This document shows, piece by piece, positions 1 through 8,988 of a stretch of 64,000 nucleotides of DNA (position 1 is its first letter; each line of letters begins with the position of its first letter). Where the stretch lies: positions 4,721 through 68,720 of the forward strand of contig JBBRMM010000008.1 in NCBI GenBank assembly GCA_038230835.1. Direction: 5' to 3'. Source of the DNA: Gaiellales bacterium. Its GTDB lineage: Bacteria; Actinomycetota; Thermoleophilia; Gaiellales; JAICJC01. The notes under the pieces were generated by a model. The model was not told where the DNA came from and made no database searches. It saw only the letters and a program-made list of their open reading frames with translations. A program made the position numbers and the translations under genes.

Positions 1-220
1 CGGCGAGAGCGCCGGCGACGCAGTGGTTGGCGTGGTCTTCCAAGAGCTTTTGAGCAAGGCTTTCGAGGGCGGTGGAGACGGCGCCGATCTGGGTCAGAAT
101 GTCGATGCAGTAGCGCTCCTCCTCGACCATCCGTTCGACCCCTCGTACCTGGCCTTCGATGCGGTGGAGTCGCCTGATCATGGCGTCTTTGTTTTCGGCC
201 TGGATGTAGCCGTGGGTCAT
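1..220 (-). CDS. csoR: CsoR-family copper-sensing repressor (5' part only; gene runs off the left window edge)
   Basis: Not in the ORF track because it is cut by the window edge. Own reverse-strand translation from ATG 220-218 gives MTHGYIQAENKDAMIRRLHRIEGQVRGVERMVEEERYCIDILTQIGAVSTALESLAQKLLEDHANHCVAG. This is the CsoR/RcnR pattern with the Cys...His-x3-Cys ligand set. The ATG overlaps the copA stop (ATGA). Confidence 0.8.
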   Translation of the reverse strand, partial: MTHGYIQAENKDAMIRRLHRIEGQVRGVERMVEEERYCIDILTQIGAVSTALESLAQKLLEDHANHCVAGALA

Positions 221-2439
221 GTCGCCACCTCCTTTCGAAGTGTCTGGCTGGGCGCCGGGATCGGCGTGTGGGCGCGTGCACTGTTGAAGCGGCGGAGGCG
301 CAGGGAGTTGGAGACAACGAAGACGCTTGAGAAGGCCATCGTGGCCGCGGCGATGATCGGATTCAAGAGACCGAAGGCGGCCAGTGGAATCGCGGCGACG
401 TTGTAGGCGAAGGCCCAGAAGAGGTTGCCCTTGATCGTTCCAAGTGTCCGCCGGGCGAGGCGGATCGCGTCGGCGGCGGCGCGGAGGTCGCCGGAGACGA
501 GCGTGAGGTCGCTGGCCTCGATCGCGACGTCGGTGCCGGTGCCGATCGCGAGGCCCAGGTCGGCCTGGGCGAGCGCTGGCGCGTCGTTGACGCCGTCGCC
601 GACCATCGCGACGGTCTCGCCTCGGTCTTGGAGGCGCTTGATCTCGGCGGCCTTCTGTTCCGGTAGGACGCCGGCGATGACTGTGTCTATTCCGACCGCG
701 GAGGCGACCGCTTGGGCTGTCTGCTGGTTATCGCCGGTCAGGAGGATGGGGGTCAGCCCGAGCGCTTTGAGCTCGCCGATCGCCTCGCGGCTGCTTGATT
801 TCAGCTGATCGGCTACTGCGATCAGACCGAGCGTCCGCCCATCGGCGGCGATCGCGATCACCGTCTGGCCAAGGGCCTCAGCATCCGACCGACGCTGCTT
901 CAACGCTACAGGCATCGTCGCTCCGCGCTGGAGCAAGAAGCTGGGGCGGCCGGCGAGGACGCTCTGGCCGTCCAGTCGGGCCTCGACGCCGCGCCCGGCG
1001 TGGTTGCGAAACTCGGTCGGGTGCAGCAATGGCTCATCGGCGCCAGCTCGTGCCGCGTCGGCGATTGCTCGCGCGATGGGGTGCTCGCTGGCCTGCTCGA
1101 CGCTGCCGGCCACGCGCAACAGAGTCTCGCGGGCGACGCCTTCGGCGGGGATGATATCGGCGAGGGCCATCTTGCCTTCGGTGATCGTGCCGGTCTTATC
1201 GAGCACGATCGTCGAGACGCGCCGCGTCTGCTCCAGGATCTCAGGCCCTTTGATCAGGATGCCGAGTTGGGCGCCGCGACCGGTCCCCACCATGAGCGCC
1301 GTCGGCGTGGCAAGACCCAGGGCGCAGGGGCAGGCGATGATCAGGACAGCGACGGCGGCGGTGAACGCTTGAGAGGTCGAACCGACGACCAGCCAGACGA
1401 GGAACGTGGCGAGAGCGACGCCGATCACGATCGGGACGAAGATCGCCGAGACGCGATCGGCAAGCCGCTGGACGTCGGCTTTGCCGGCTTGGGCTTCGGT
1501 GACCATGCGCGCGATCTGGGCGAGCGCCGTGTCAGCGCCGACCTTGGTCGCGCGAACCACAAGTCGACCCGAGGTGTTGATCGTCGCGCCGGCGACCGCC
1601 GAGTCGACGTCGACGTCGACGGGAACGGACTCGCCGGTCAGTAGCGACTGGTCGATCGCGGAGGCGCCCTCTGTGACGACGCCGTCGGTTGCGATCTTCT
1701 CTCCGGGGCGAACGACGAAGAGCTCGCCAACAACAAGCTCGTCGATGGGGATCGTGACCTCCTCGCCGTCGCGCAGGACGTGCGCGTCCTTGGCGCCGAG
1801 CTTGAGGAGTTCGCGGATCGCCTCGCCACTTCGGCGCCGGGCGCGGGCCTCGAAGAAGCGGCCGAGCAGAATCAGGGTGACGATGATCGCTGCGACCTCG
1901 AAGTAGACCGAGGCCTCGAGGGCGAAGACGACGACGACTGCCGACCAGCCCCAGGCGGCGAGCGTTCCGATCGAGATCAGGGTGTCCATCGTCGTCGAGC
2001 GGTGGCGCAGGTTGAGTGCGGCGGCGCGATGGAACTGCCAGCCGGCCCAGAAAACAACGGGCGTCGAGAGGGAGAGCGCGACCCACTGCCAGCCGGAGAA
2101 CTCGAGGCCGGAGATCATCGCCATCGCCGCAACCGGCGCCGATAGGAGCGCCGCGACGACGACGCGCACACGCAAGGCGGCGACCGAGCCGTCCTCGTCT
2201 TTCAGTTCGGTCGGCAGCGCCGCGTCGTAGCCGGTCTTCCGAACCGTCTCAATCAGATCGTCGACGTGAACCAGCGCAGAGTCGTAGTGGACGCTGGCAG
2301 TCTCGGTCGCGAAGTTGACCGTCGCAGCGACGCCCTCGAGACGGTTGAGCTTCTTCTCGATCCGCGTCGCACACGAGGCGCAGGTCATGCCCTCGATGTC
2401 GAGCCTGACGTCGGCGTCGTGCTGTTCGATCGTCGCCAT
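217..2439 (-). CDS. copA: Copper-translocating P1B-type ATPase
   Basis: ORF 217..2604, trimmed to the internal MATIEQ start, which overlaps the copZ stop. Motifs seen: GMTCASCATRIE (HMA), IIACPCALGLATP (CPC), DKTGT, GDGVNDAP. Confidence 0.95.
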   Translation of the reverse strand: MATIEQHDADVRLDIEGMTCASCATRIEKKLNRLEGVAATVNFATETASVHYDSALVHVDDLIETVRKTGYDAALPTELKDEDGSVAALRVRVVVAALLSAPVAAMAMISGLEFSGWQWVALSLSTPVVFWAGWQFHRAAALNLRHRSTTMDTLISIGTLAAWGWSAVVVVFALEASVYFEVAAIIVTLILLGRFFEARARRRSGEAIRELLKLGAKDAHVLRDGEEVTIPIDELVVGELFVVRPGEKIATDGVVTEGASAIDQSLLTGESVPVDVDVDSAVAGATINTSGRLVVRATKVGADTALAQIARMVTEAQAGKADVQRLADRVSAIFVPIVIGVALATFLVWLVVGSTSQAFTAAVAVLIIACPCALGLATPTALMVGTGRGAQLGILIKGPEILEQTRRVSTIVLDKTGTITEGKMALADIIPAEGVARETLLRVAGSVEQASEHPIARAIADAARAGADEPLLHPTEFRNHAGRGVEARLDGQSVLAGRPSFLLQRGATMPVALKQRRSDAEALGQTVIAIAADGRTLGLIAVADQLKSSSREAIGELKALGLTPILLTGDNQQTAQAVASAVGIDTVIAGVLPEQKAAEIKRLQDRGETVAMVGDGVNDAPALAQADLGLAIGTGTDVAIEASDLTLVSGDLRAAADAIRLARRTLGTIKGNLFWAFAYNVAAIPLAAFGLLNPIIAAATMAFSSVFVVSNSLRLRRFNSARAHTPIPAPSQTLRKEVAT

Positions 2440-2642
2440 CAAACCGCCTCGTACCCGGCTTCGGAGATAGCCGAGCGCACAGCATCGTCGGAGACCGCTA
2501 CACCACGGACGGTCACGACCTTGGAGTCGAGCTCGACGCCCACCGCGATCACGCCCTCGACCTTCGAAACCTCCTCTTTGATCGCCCGCTCGCACTGGGC
2601 GCAATGGATTCCAGGCACGGTGAAAGTGATCATCTCGCTCAT
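2439..2642 (-). CDS. copZ: Copper chaperone, heavy-metal-associated domain
   Basis: 67-aa ORF with VPGIHCAQCERAIK (CxxC HMA fold). A GAGGAGAGG RBS lies upstream and the gene sits immediately upstream of copA. Confidence 0.9.
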   Translation of the reverse strand: MSEMITFTVPGIHCAQCERAIKEEVSKVEGVIAVGVELDSKVVTVRGVAVSDDAVRSAISEAGYEAV

Positions 2643-2663
2643 CGCTCGCCTCTCCTCAGTTCA

Positions 2664-2680
2664 TACCCTCATGGGGTATG
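2664..2680. promoter_or_regulatory. Candidate CsoR operator (inverted repeat ATACCC-N5-GGGTAT) in the copZ leader/promoter
   Basis: ATACCCTCATGGGGTAT lies about 20-40 nt upstream of the copZ ATG. It resembles known CsoR boxes (TACCC...GGGTA dyads), and csoR is encoded in the same operon. Confidence 0.5.
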
Positions 2681-2847
2681 GTAGCGCACGGCCGAGCCAT
2701 CTGCGGATGCGCTCCGAAGGCGAGTGCGAGGCTCGTGCCGCGCTGAGGCGCATCCGCACACAGCGTGGGTCGTAGCTCGCAGCGGAGCATCCTACGACAT
2801 GGTGGTAGTATTTGTCCCTCGCGGGCAGCGCGCCGACTGCGTGGCCC

Positions 2848-3855
2848 TCAGCACGTCCCGTTCTTCGTGCCGGAGGTGAACCGCTTGGGTGGTCGGATCT
2901 GGACGGTCGATCCCAGTTGGTAGTTCTCGTGCATGAAGTGGGAGGGGGCGAGCATGTGGGCGCTGGCTACGCGGCCGTCGGAGGCGATTTGGAGGGTGAA
3001 CCAGGCGGGCACGGATGGATTGAAGACATGGACGAGCAGGAGTCCGCGGCTGTCGTGGGTTAGCTGTCCGCCGGCGTGCGCGGCTGTGGCGCGTTGCCAG
3101 ACGTAGGTGGGGTCGTGTCCTGCCGAGGCCGGGCACTCCACCCAGGTTCCGTGGTGGGTGTCCCAGCGGTGATTCCCGATCAGCACGGCGTGCTGCCCGC
3201 TCGACGTGGCGTATTCGAGCCGGTTAGGCGCTTGCATCGCGTAGCGCGTGACCACGGCGGGGCCGCTGCCGGAACTGAGCGCCTGGATGGCAGCGACCGC
3301 AGGGACGCTCGTCATCCGCCGAACCGCCAGCGCGTAGCGCGCGGACTCGTTCGCAGGGAGGCGCGCCGGCAGCGTCAGCCGCGATGGGCTCGTGCTCGTG
3401 GGAAGCCGGATGGTGATGGTGGCTGCGGATCCTTGGAGCACGGGCGCGGCGAATCGGTAGCACCAAAGGCCACAGCGCGTGAGCTGGGGAATTTGACGCC
3501 GACTGCCCATGCGCAGCCGCAGATCGACCTGCGACGGCGGGACGCTGATGCCGTTTGGCGGGATGATCATGATACTGACCGGGCCTCCCGGCGGCGCGAT
3601 CGTGCCGTATAAAGTGCTGTCGCCGCGGACGGCGGTCGTGTAGGAGACTGACAGACGCGGGAAGGTCGCCTGGCCGAGGGGGCGATGTTCGCTGGGGCTG
3701 GTACGTGTGGCGTGCGGGGAGGTTGGGAGGTGGAGGACGCCCGCCGTCCACGCGCCGGCCATGAGGCCGAGTGCGGCGCCGGCGCAGGTGATGATCAGGA
3801 TCAAGAGCGGCGCGGTTCGTCTGTGGCTGGCTGGGTCGTGGGCGTCGATGGTCAT
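2848..3855 (-). CDS. Membrane-anchored extracytoplasmic protein of unknown function, paralogous to the C-terminal extension of the CopC-CopD fusion
   Basis: 335-aa ORF with an N-terminal TM (LLILIITCAGAALGLMAGAW). It carries TRCGLWCY and a terminal ...HFMHENYQLGSTVQIRPP, which parallel TRCGGACL and ...HYLTDQYSAFNQPITIRPP in the upstream protein. ATGA overlap with that gene. Confidence 0.7.
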   Translation of the reverse strand: MTIDAHDPASHRRTAPLLILIITCAGAALGLMAGAWTAGVLHLPTSPHATRTSPSEHRPLGQATFPRLSVSYTTAVRGDSTLYGTIAPPGGPVSIMIIPPNGISVPPSQVDLRLRMGSRRQIPQLTRCGLWCYRFAAPVLQGSAATITIRLPTSTSPSRLTLPARLPANESARYALAVRRMTSVPAVAAIQALSSGSGPAVVTRYAMQAPNRLEYATSSGQHAVLIGNHRWDTHHGTWVECPASAGHDPTYVWQRATAAHAGGQLTHDSRGLLLVHVFNPSVPAWFTLQIASDGRVASAHMLAPSHFMHENYQLGSTVQIRPPKRFTSGTKNGTC

Positions 3856-5990
3856 GGCGAGACACCGGCGGGTGGTCGGATCGTGATCGGCTGGTTGAAG
3901 GCGGAGTACTGGTCGGTGAGGTAGTGGCCGGGTGTGATTATCTGATCTTGGATGATCAGGTGGCGCTTGGGGTCGATCCAGACGCGGTACCAGTACTGCT
4001 GTCCCGGCACCCAGTAGGCGAGCACCACCACGCGACGGCCGTTGCTACGAATCGTGCCTAGCTGGCGAACGTTGACGGCGCCCTGCTGGGCGTAGTTTCC
4101 GAACGGGTCGACCTGCTGGGCCGTGGCGAGGCGTATCCATTGTTGGCTGTTGGGTTGTCGCTGCCAGCTTGTGTTTCCGATCGTGACCAGGGCAAACCCG
4201 TTGCCGCCGGTCAGTCGCAGGGCGTGACCGGGCTGGTAGATGCCATGGCTGATCGCAGGACTGCCGCCAAAGCCGCTGGAGACGATGGACAGCAGGCGTA
4301 CGGAGCCCAGCGTCGTCATGTGGTTGATCGACGTGTCTAGGAGCTTTGTTTGGTCGCGTCGGAGCGGCCATGGGAAGGAGAAGTTCACACGTCGCTGTGC
4401 GCCGCGCTCGAATATGAGTACGGACAGCCGTTGAGTGCCAGGTTGCGGCGTCCAGGTTGCGGCGAGGCAGGCGCCGCCGCAGCGTGTGAAGCGAAGTGCT
4501 GGGTCGTGTTGAACGGCCAGATGGGCGTCGCTTGCGGAGGTACCGTCGTAGCGAATCGCAGACACCTGGACGTGCGTCGGGCTGGCGGCGACCGCGATCA
4601 GGGTGGGGCCTGCCGGAGCGGCCAGATTGATCCGTGCGCCCGTTAATGGCGCCGCGGTCGTGAGCGCCGGTGGCGCTGCGGTGGCCAGCGCCGATGGTGG
4701 CGGTGGAGCCACGTTGACCAGCACCGCGGCGACGGCCACGATCATCGCCAGCAGCGCCGGCTCGAGCGTGATCGACCCAGCGCGGGAACGCCCACCGCGG
4801 GTGGTGAGGTGATTGAACCCGCCGATGGTAAGCGCGCTGGCGAACAGCGCGGACTTGAGCAGGATGGTGCGGCCATACGGCGTGTCGGTGAGTGCCGACC
4901 GGTGGCCGACGTGCACCCAGGCGGCGTACAGGCCAGTGGCGGCGAGGGTGCCTGCGGAGGCGAATCCGTAGGGCGCGAACCGACGGGCGTGGCTCCACAG
5001 CTGGGCTCGATCCCGCAATGCGATCGCGCCCAGCTCGACCAGGCCGCCCAGCCACACCGCTGCGGCGGCGATGTGGGCGACGTCCAGGGTGACGGTCAGC
5101 GGCGTGTAGCGTGTGTAGGCCGAGTGGCCGGACAGTGCGAGCAGCACGATCACCATGCTGCCTGAGGCGATCATGGGTACATGGCGGCGGGGGGCGAGGC
5201 AAAGGATCACGAGTTGGAGGGTCGCGGTGAGGATGATCAGGGCGGCCAGCTTCCCCGCGTGTGTGGCCATGGCAGCGTGGAGGGGCCCAGTTTCGATGCC
5301 GGTCCAGATGGCGCCGCGGCCGGTTTCGGCGGCCAGCGCGGTGAGCTGCCAGACCGCGCCGAGGGCGACGAGGCCCGCCCCCACGGTCGTTAGCCCCCTG
5401 AGGCGATGGCGGACGCGAAGCGCCACCACGGTGCGTCCGAAGGTCAGCGCTAAGCCCACGTAGATCACGAGTCGTGCTATCACGAGCGACCAGGGAAGTG
5501 GCGTTCGCGGTGTGGCCGTGATTGCGGTCAGATGTCCGACGTTGCCGACCTGGAAGTCGAGCGCTCCGGCCTCGAAGTGGCCGTCATCGGCGATGATCTG
5601 CCAACTTGCCACATATACACCAGGCGTGAGCCTGCCAACGCTGATCTCCAGCGTTTTCCCTCCGTTTGTTGTCGCTGCCTGGCCGATCGTAGGAGCGGTG
5701 CCGCCGCCGTTCCGTTTCAGCTCGATCCCGCCCTGCGCGGGCGTGACCCCCTCGTCGAAGGTCAGCGTGATCTTGGCTGGCGACGTCGCGAGCCGCGCAC
5801 CGAGCTGAGGGCTGGTCGCGAGCAGAAAGGCGTGGGCCTGCGCGGATGAAGGCGCCGCCAAAGCAATGACGAGCGCCGCCACGATCGGGACGACCGCGCC
5901 GCGACCGCTATGCCACCACCGATGATCGCGCGCCGACACACGATTCGCTGACGCAGCTTCAGGTTGGTGACGCTTGGCGGTCGAGCTCAC
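3852..5990 (-). CDS. CopC-CopD fusion protein (YcnJ-like) with about 280-aa extra C-terminal extracytoplasmic domain
   Basis: 712-aa ORF. A signal/TM is followed by the CopC start HAFLLATSPQLGARL...ITLTFDEGV, then multiple CopD-like TM helices, then a soluble extension. Confidence 0.85.
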   Translation of the reverse strand: MSSTAKRHQPEAASANRVSARDHRWWHSGRGAVVPIVAALVIALAAPSSAQAHAFLLATSPQLGARLATSPAKITLTFDEGVTPAQGGIELKRNGGGTAPTIGQAATTNGGKTLEISVGRLTPGVYVASWQIIADDGHFEAGALDFQVGNVGHLTAITATPRTPLPWSLVIARLVIYVGLALTFGRTVVALRVRHRLRGLTTVGAGLVALGAVWQLTALAAETGRGAIWTGIETGPLHAAMATHAGKLAALIILTATLQLVILCLAPRRHVPMIASGSMVIVLLALSGHSAYTRYTPLTVTLDVAHIAAAAVWLGGLVELGAIALRDRAQLWSHARRFAPYGFASAGTLAATGLYAAWVHVGHRSALTDTPYGRTILLKSALFASALTIGGFNHLTTRGGRSRAGSITLEPALLAMIVAVAAVLVNVAPPPPSALATAAPPALTTAAPLTGARINLAAPAGPTLIAVAASPTHVQVSAIRYDGTSASDAHLAVQHDPALRFTRCGGACLAATWTPQPGTQRLSVLIFERGAQRRVNFSFPWPLRRDQTKLLDTSINHMTTLGSVRLLSIVSSGFGGSPAISHGIYQPGHALRLTGGNGFALVTIGNTSWQRQPNSQQWIRLATAQQVDPFGNYAQQGAVNVRQLGTIRSNGRRVVVLAYWVPGQQYWYRVWIDPKRHLIIQDQIITPGHYLTDQYSAFNQPITIRPPAGVSP

Positions 5991-6219
5991 GCCGCAGCTT
6001 CCTCTCCGACAGCCGGCCGTGGCTGAACGGCTTTCCCCCCACTAGGACGATGGGGGCAAACCAGGCGCCAGCGTTTCGGGCCAGCGCGTCGCCCTGGGGC
6101 GTTCGCAGGTCAAGCACCTCGACGCTGAGGGGATAGTCGACGCCGACGCGGTCAAGGACGGTCTTGGCGTGCTGGCAGTGGGCGCAGTCTTCCTGGGTCA
6201 GCAGCGTGATCGCGATCAC
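5959..6219 (-). CDS. Glutaredoxin-like thioredoxin-fold protein (CAHC motif)
   Basis: ORF 5959..6312, trimmed to a GTG that overlaps the upstream stop (GTGA). Sequence VIAITLLTQEDCAHCQHAKTVLD... shows the typical NrdH/Grx-like layout. Confidence 0.7.
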   Translation of the reverse strand: MIAITLLTQEDCAHCQHAKTVLDRVGVDYPLSVEVLDLRTPQGDALARNAGAWFAPIVLVGGKPFSHGRLSERKLRRELDRQASPT

Positions 6220-6908
6220 TGGTGCGTCATCGTCGCGCGCAGATGGGCGAGCAGCTGCGAGTCGGGCACGAACATGGTGTACTTCGGCGCTCCGCCGTAG
6301 TCGGCACGCCACAGGATCTTACCGTCGGCTGCGACCAAGACGAAGGTATGACCATCGCGCGAGTCGCCCATCATGCCGTACTGATTGGCGTTGTAGGTCT
6401 TGGACACGGCCAGGTTCGGGTCAGATAAGACCGGCATCGTCAGGCCTTCGTCCCGGGCTTTCTGGGTGATCTGGTCGAGCGGGTCGCTGGTGATACTGAC
6501 GATCTGTGAGACTCCCAGCGCGCGGTACTTGGCCATGTCCTGTTGGATCACCTTCAGCTGATCCCAGCACGGCTGGCAGGTGAGACCCTCCTGGAAGTAC
6601 AGCAATACCGGCCCCTTGCGTAGGGCGCTTGTCAGGTTGTACGTGCCGCCGCGGGTCGATGGCAGGTTGACCGGCGGCGCCGTCTGCCCCGGCCCGGGTG
6701 TCCCAACGGTGTAGGTGATACCGCCGCCGTTTGAGCTCGAGTTGGAGCTTGATCCGCCTAGCCGGGTGACGCCGTACAGTGCGGCTGCGGCGGCGATGAC
6801 GACCAGCGCGGAGCGCAGCAGCAGCGAGCGCCGTCGGTATTTCGCCTGGTCAGCTTGTAGCGCCGCTTTGCGGGCGCTGCCAGTCGGGTGGGGAGTGGTC
6901 TTGCTCAC
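6216..6908 (-). CDS. Membrane-anchored redoxin/AhpC-TSA family thiol-disulfide oxidoreductase (CQPC)
   Basis: 230-aa ORF with an N-terminal TM, a Ser/Gly linker and a thioredoxin fold: VLLYFQEGLTCQPCWDQL. Confidence 0.8.
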   Translation of the reverse strand: MSKTTPHPTGSARKAALQADQAKYRRRSLLLRSALVVIAAAAALYGVTRLGGSSSNSSSNGGGITYTVGTPGPGQTAPPVNLPSTRGGTYNLTSALRKGPVLLYFQEGLTCQPCWDQLKVIQQDMAKYRALGVSQIVSITSDPLDQITQKARDEGLTMPVLSDPNLAVSKTYNANQYGMMGDSRDGHTFVLVAADGKILWRADYGGAPKYTMFVPDSQLLAHLRATMTHQ

Positions 6909-7800
6909 CTGGATCCTCCGGAGGCTGGTTTTGGGGTGGGTCGTCGGGTGTTGAGGCTTGGTTGAGCGCGATCCATGCCAAGCCGGTGAGCGCGGCTACG
7001 ACCGCGGCGGCGCTCAACCAGCCGGGGGCGTCGCCGGCCCAGACGGTCGCGATGTGCGCGTAGTGCTGCAGTTGGGCCGAGAGCGACGCCTGCCAGCCGC
7101 TGCTTTTCATCGATTTTCCCTGCGCGGCGATGACCAGGGTGAAGATTCCCATGCCGACCAGGATTCCGCCGGACAGAAGCGCCGTTGAGTGCACGCTGGC
7201 GCCGCGTTTGCCGACGTGGAGGCGTACGCTGCGACCGCGCAGGAGCCGGCTCTCGCCCCAGTTGAATCTATCCCACATCAGCGCCAATACGAACATCGGA
7301 AACACCATCCCAAACACGTATGCAACGCCGATCGCGAGCGCGACTATGTATGAGCCCGACAGGCCGGAGAGGGCGATCACGCCGGCCAGCACCGGCGCGC
7401 AGCAGGAGCTAGCAACGCCGGAGAAGAGGCCGAGGCCATACACCGCGGCCGGGCCGCGGCCACTCGCAGGGCGCATCCCGGGCATCGGCAGAGCCAGCTT
7501 CCCACCGGCCAGCGTGAACACGCCCAAGCCGAGCATCATCACGGCTCCGGCGCCGAAGATCAGGGTGTGATGTGCCTGTACCACCGAACCGATCCCGGCT
7601 GCGCCGAGAGCGACGGGAAGGATGATGGTGGCCACGCCCGCCGCGAACACGAACGTCATCAGCACCAATCGCAGGCGGCGGCCGAAGCTGGTCGCGAAGT
7701 AGGCCGGCAGCATGACCGAGACGCAGCATGGCGCGAACAGGGCGACCATCCCGCCCAGGAACGAGGCGAACAGTGTCGTCCCGGTGATGAGCCCGCTCAC
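6850..7800 (-). CDS. CcdA/DsbD_2-like polytopic membrane thiol reductase with two Cys-Cys pairs
   Basis: 316-aa ORF with multiple TM helices. Motifs LFAPCCVSVMLPAY and GVASSCCAPVLAG. Confidence 0.8.
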   Translation of the reverse strand: MSGLITGTTLFASFLGGMVALFAPCCVSVMLPAYFATSFGRRLRLVLMTFVFAAGVATIILPVALGAAGIGSVVQAHHTLIFGAGAVMMLGLGVFTLAGGKLALPMPGMRPASGRGPAAVYGLGLFSGVASSCCAPVLAGVIALSGLSGSYIVALAIGVAYVFGMVFPMFVLALMWDRFNWGESRLLRGRSVRLHVGKRGASVHSTALLSGGILVGMGIFTLVIAAQGKSMKSSGWQASLSAQLQHYAHIATVWAGDAPGWLSAAAVVAALTGLAWIALNQASTPDDPPQNQPPEDPGEQDHSPPDWQRPQSGATS

Positions 7801-7830
7801 CGAGACGCGCTCGCGTCGGCTCGGGCACGG

Positions 7831-8406
7831 CTAGGCACTCGCACTCGCAGCTGCGCGCGCCTTGCCGCCGCAACCGTCGACCAGCCCGATCAGGTACGCG
7901 AGCGGCCGGGCGTGCCATCCCCGCCGCGCGATCAGGTAGTCACTCATGCCCTGAAACGCGGTCCACCGCCAACAGTGGCAGCAGCACGGCCCCATCTCGG
8001 GCGACATCCGCATCGCCGCGTCATAGGTCACCTGCTGGGATCCGGTGAGGGCGATCCCGTCGTGGTATCCGACCAACTCCTGCGCGAGGGAGACAGGGAT
8101 GTCGTAGGGGTCGTCGGGGATCTGCGGGATCGCTGCGTACTTCGTTAGGCTGCCAACTTGGGCGTTGTAGGCCGCCTCGTCCATCGCTGAGCAGCACGAT
8201 CCCTGCAGTCGCATGGCGGGGGAGTACGCCGCCAGTTGGAGTGCCTGTGGGCCACAGCTGTTTGTGTGCTGGGCGGCGAGGGTCGCGAAGGATGGGCCAC
8301 TTCCCACGGAGCGCCAACCATTGGACGACCCGGCGTGCACGAGAAGCGCTCCGGCGACGATCGCCGTTTCGGTCAGGATGCAGATGACGAGCAACCGTGG
8401 ATTCAT
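7831..8406 (-). CDS. Cys-rich membrane-anchored hypothetical protein (CCCHCWRW motif)
   Basis: ORF 7831..8484, trimmed to MNPRLLVICIL (TM). Motifs seen: SCGPQ, GSCCSAMDE, GPCCCHCWRW, DGCGG. Confidence 0.6.
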   Translation of the reverse strand: MNPRLLVICILTETAIVAGALLVHAGSSNGWRSVGSGPSFATLAAQHTNSCGPQALQLAAYSPAMRLQGSCCSAMDEAAYNAQVGSLTKYAAIPQIPDDPYDIPVSLAQELVGYHDGIALTGSQQVTYDAAMRMSPEMGPCCCHCWRWTAFQGMSDYLIARRGWHARPLAYLIGLVDGCGGKARAAASASA

Positions 8407-8419
8407 CACATGGGCTGGG

Positions 8420-8644
8420 CTAGGCCAGGGAGTCGGTGGGCTGCTCGGCGGCGGCTTGATCGATGCGCCGGTTGATCTCCTCACCGAGAGCGATCTGGCG
8501 CCGACGAAGATCCGCAGCTTCGTTACGGCCCGCGCGCGGCGGACAACAGAGCATGCTTCTGCCGCGCCTGCGACCGAGCGGCATCATCGCCGGACAGATC
8601 AATGCCGAGACCGCTACCAGGCCGATCAGTAGGGCATCGTTCAT
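8420..8644 (-). CDS. Small membrane protein with a CP/MM motif TM helix plus charged coiled tail (DUF2933-like)
   Basis: 74-aa ORF: MNDALLIGLVAVSALICPAMMPLGRRRG...LCCPP.... ATGA-type overlap with the upstream paralogue. Confidence 0.5.
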   Translation of the reverse strand: MNDALLIGLVAVSALICPAMMPLGRRRGRSMLCCPPRAGRNEAADLRRRQIALGEEINRRIDQAAAEQPTDSLA

Positions 8645-8889
8645 CGCTCGGCTGGTGTCCGATCCGTGTTCTGGGGGCGTCGTTCGAGCTGTTCGATCTG
8701 CTCGGCGAGGCGCGCGTGCTCGGCCTTGAGGTCGGCGACACTCGTCGCTTCGGGGCTGCTTGGCGTTGGGCCCTCACGCTTCTGTCTGCCGCCCCGCATC
8801 ATGAAGAACATCATCAGTCCCATACCGACGGGGCATGCAAGAAGGAGCAGCGGGGTGAACGCGGTCGCGGTGGAAAGTAGCGGGGCCAT
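8641..8889 (-). CDS. Small membrane protein with a CP/Met-rich TM helix plus coiled-coil tail (DUF2933-like)
   Basis: 82-aa ORF: ...LLLLACPVGMGLMMFFMMRGG... followed by ADLKAEHARLAEQIEQLERR. Confidence 0.55.
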   Translation of the reverse strand: MAPLLSTATAFTPLLLLACPVGMGLMMFFMMRGGRQKREGPTPSSPEATSVADLKAEHARLAEQIEQLERRPQNTDRTPAER

Positions 8890-8988
8890 TTTGCGGTCCT
8901 TTCAAGGGCACGTCCTCAGAGGGATCTACGACTCAACTGTAGCAGCGATCAGACCAGAGGCAATCCCCCGCCCCGCCAGGTCGGGCGC

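Noticed and set aside
23-406. 127-aa plus-strand ORF at the window start
   Set aside because: It is antisense to the csoR 5' part and the copA 3' end, both of which have clear family signatures.
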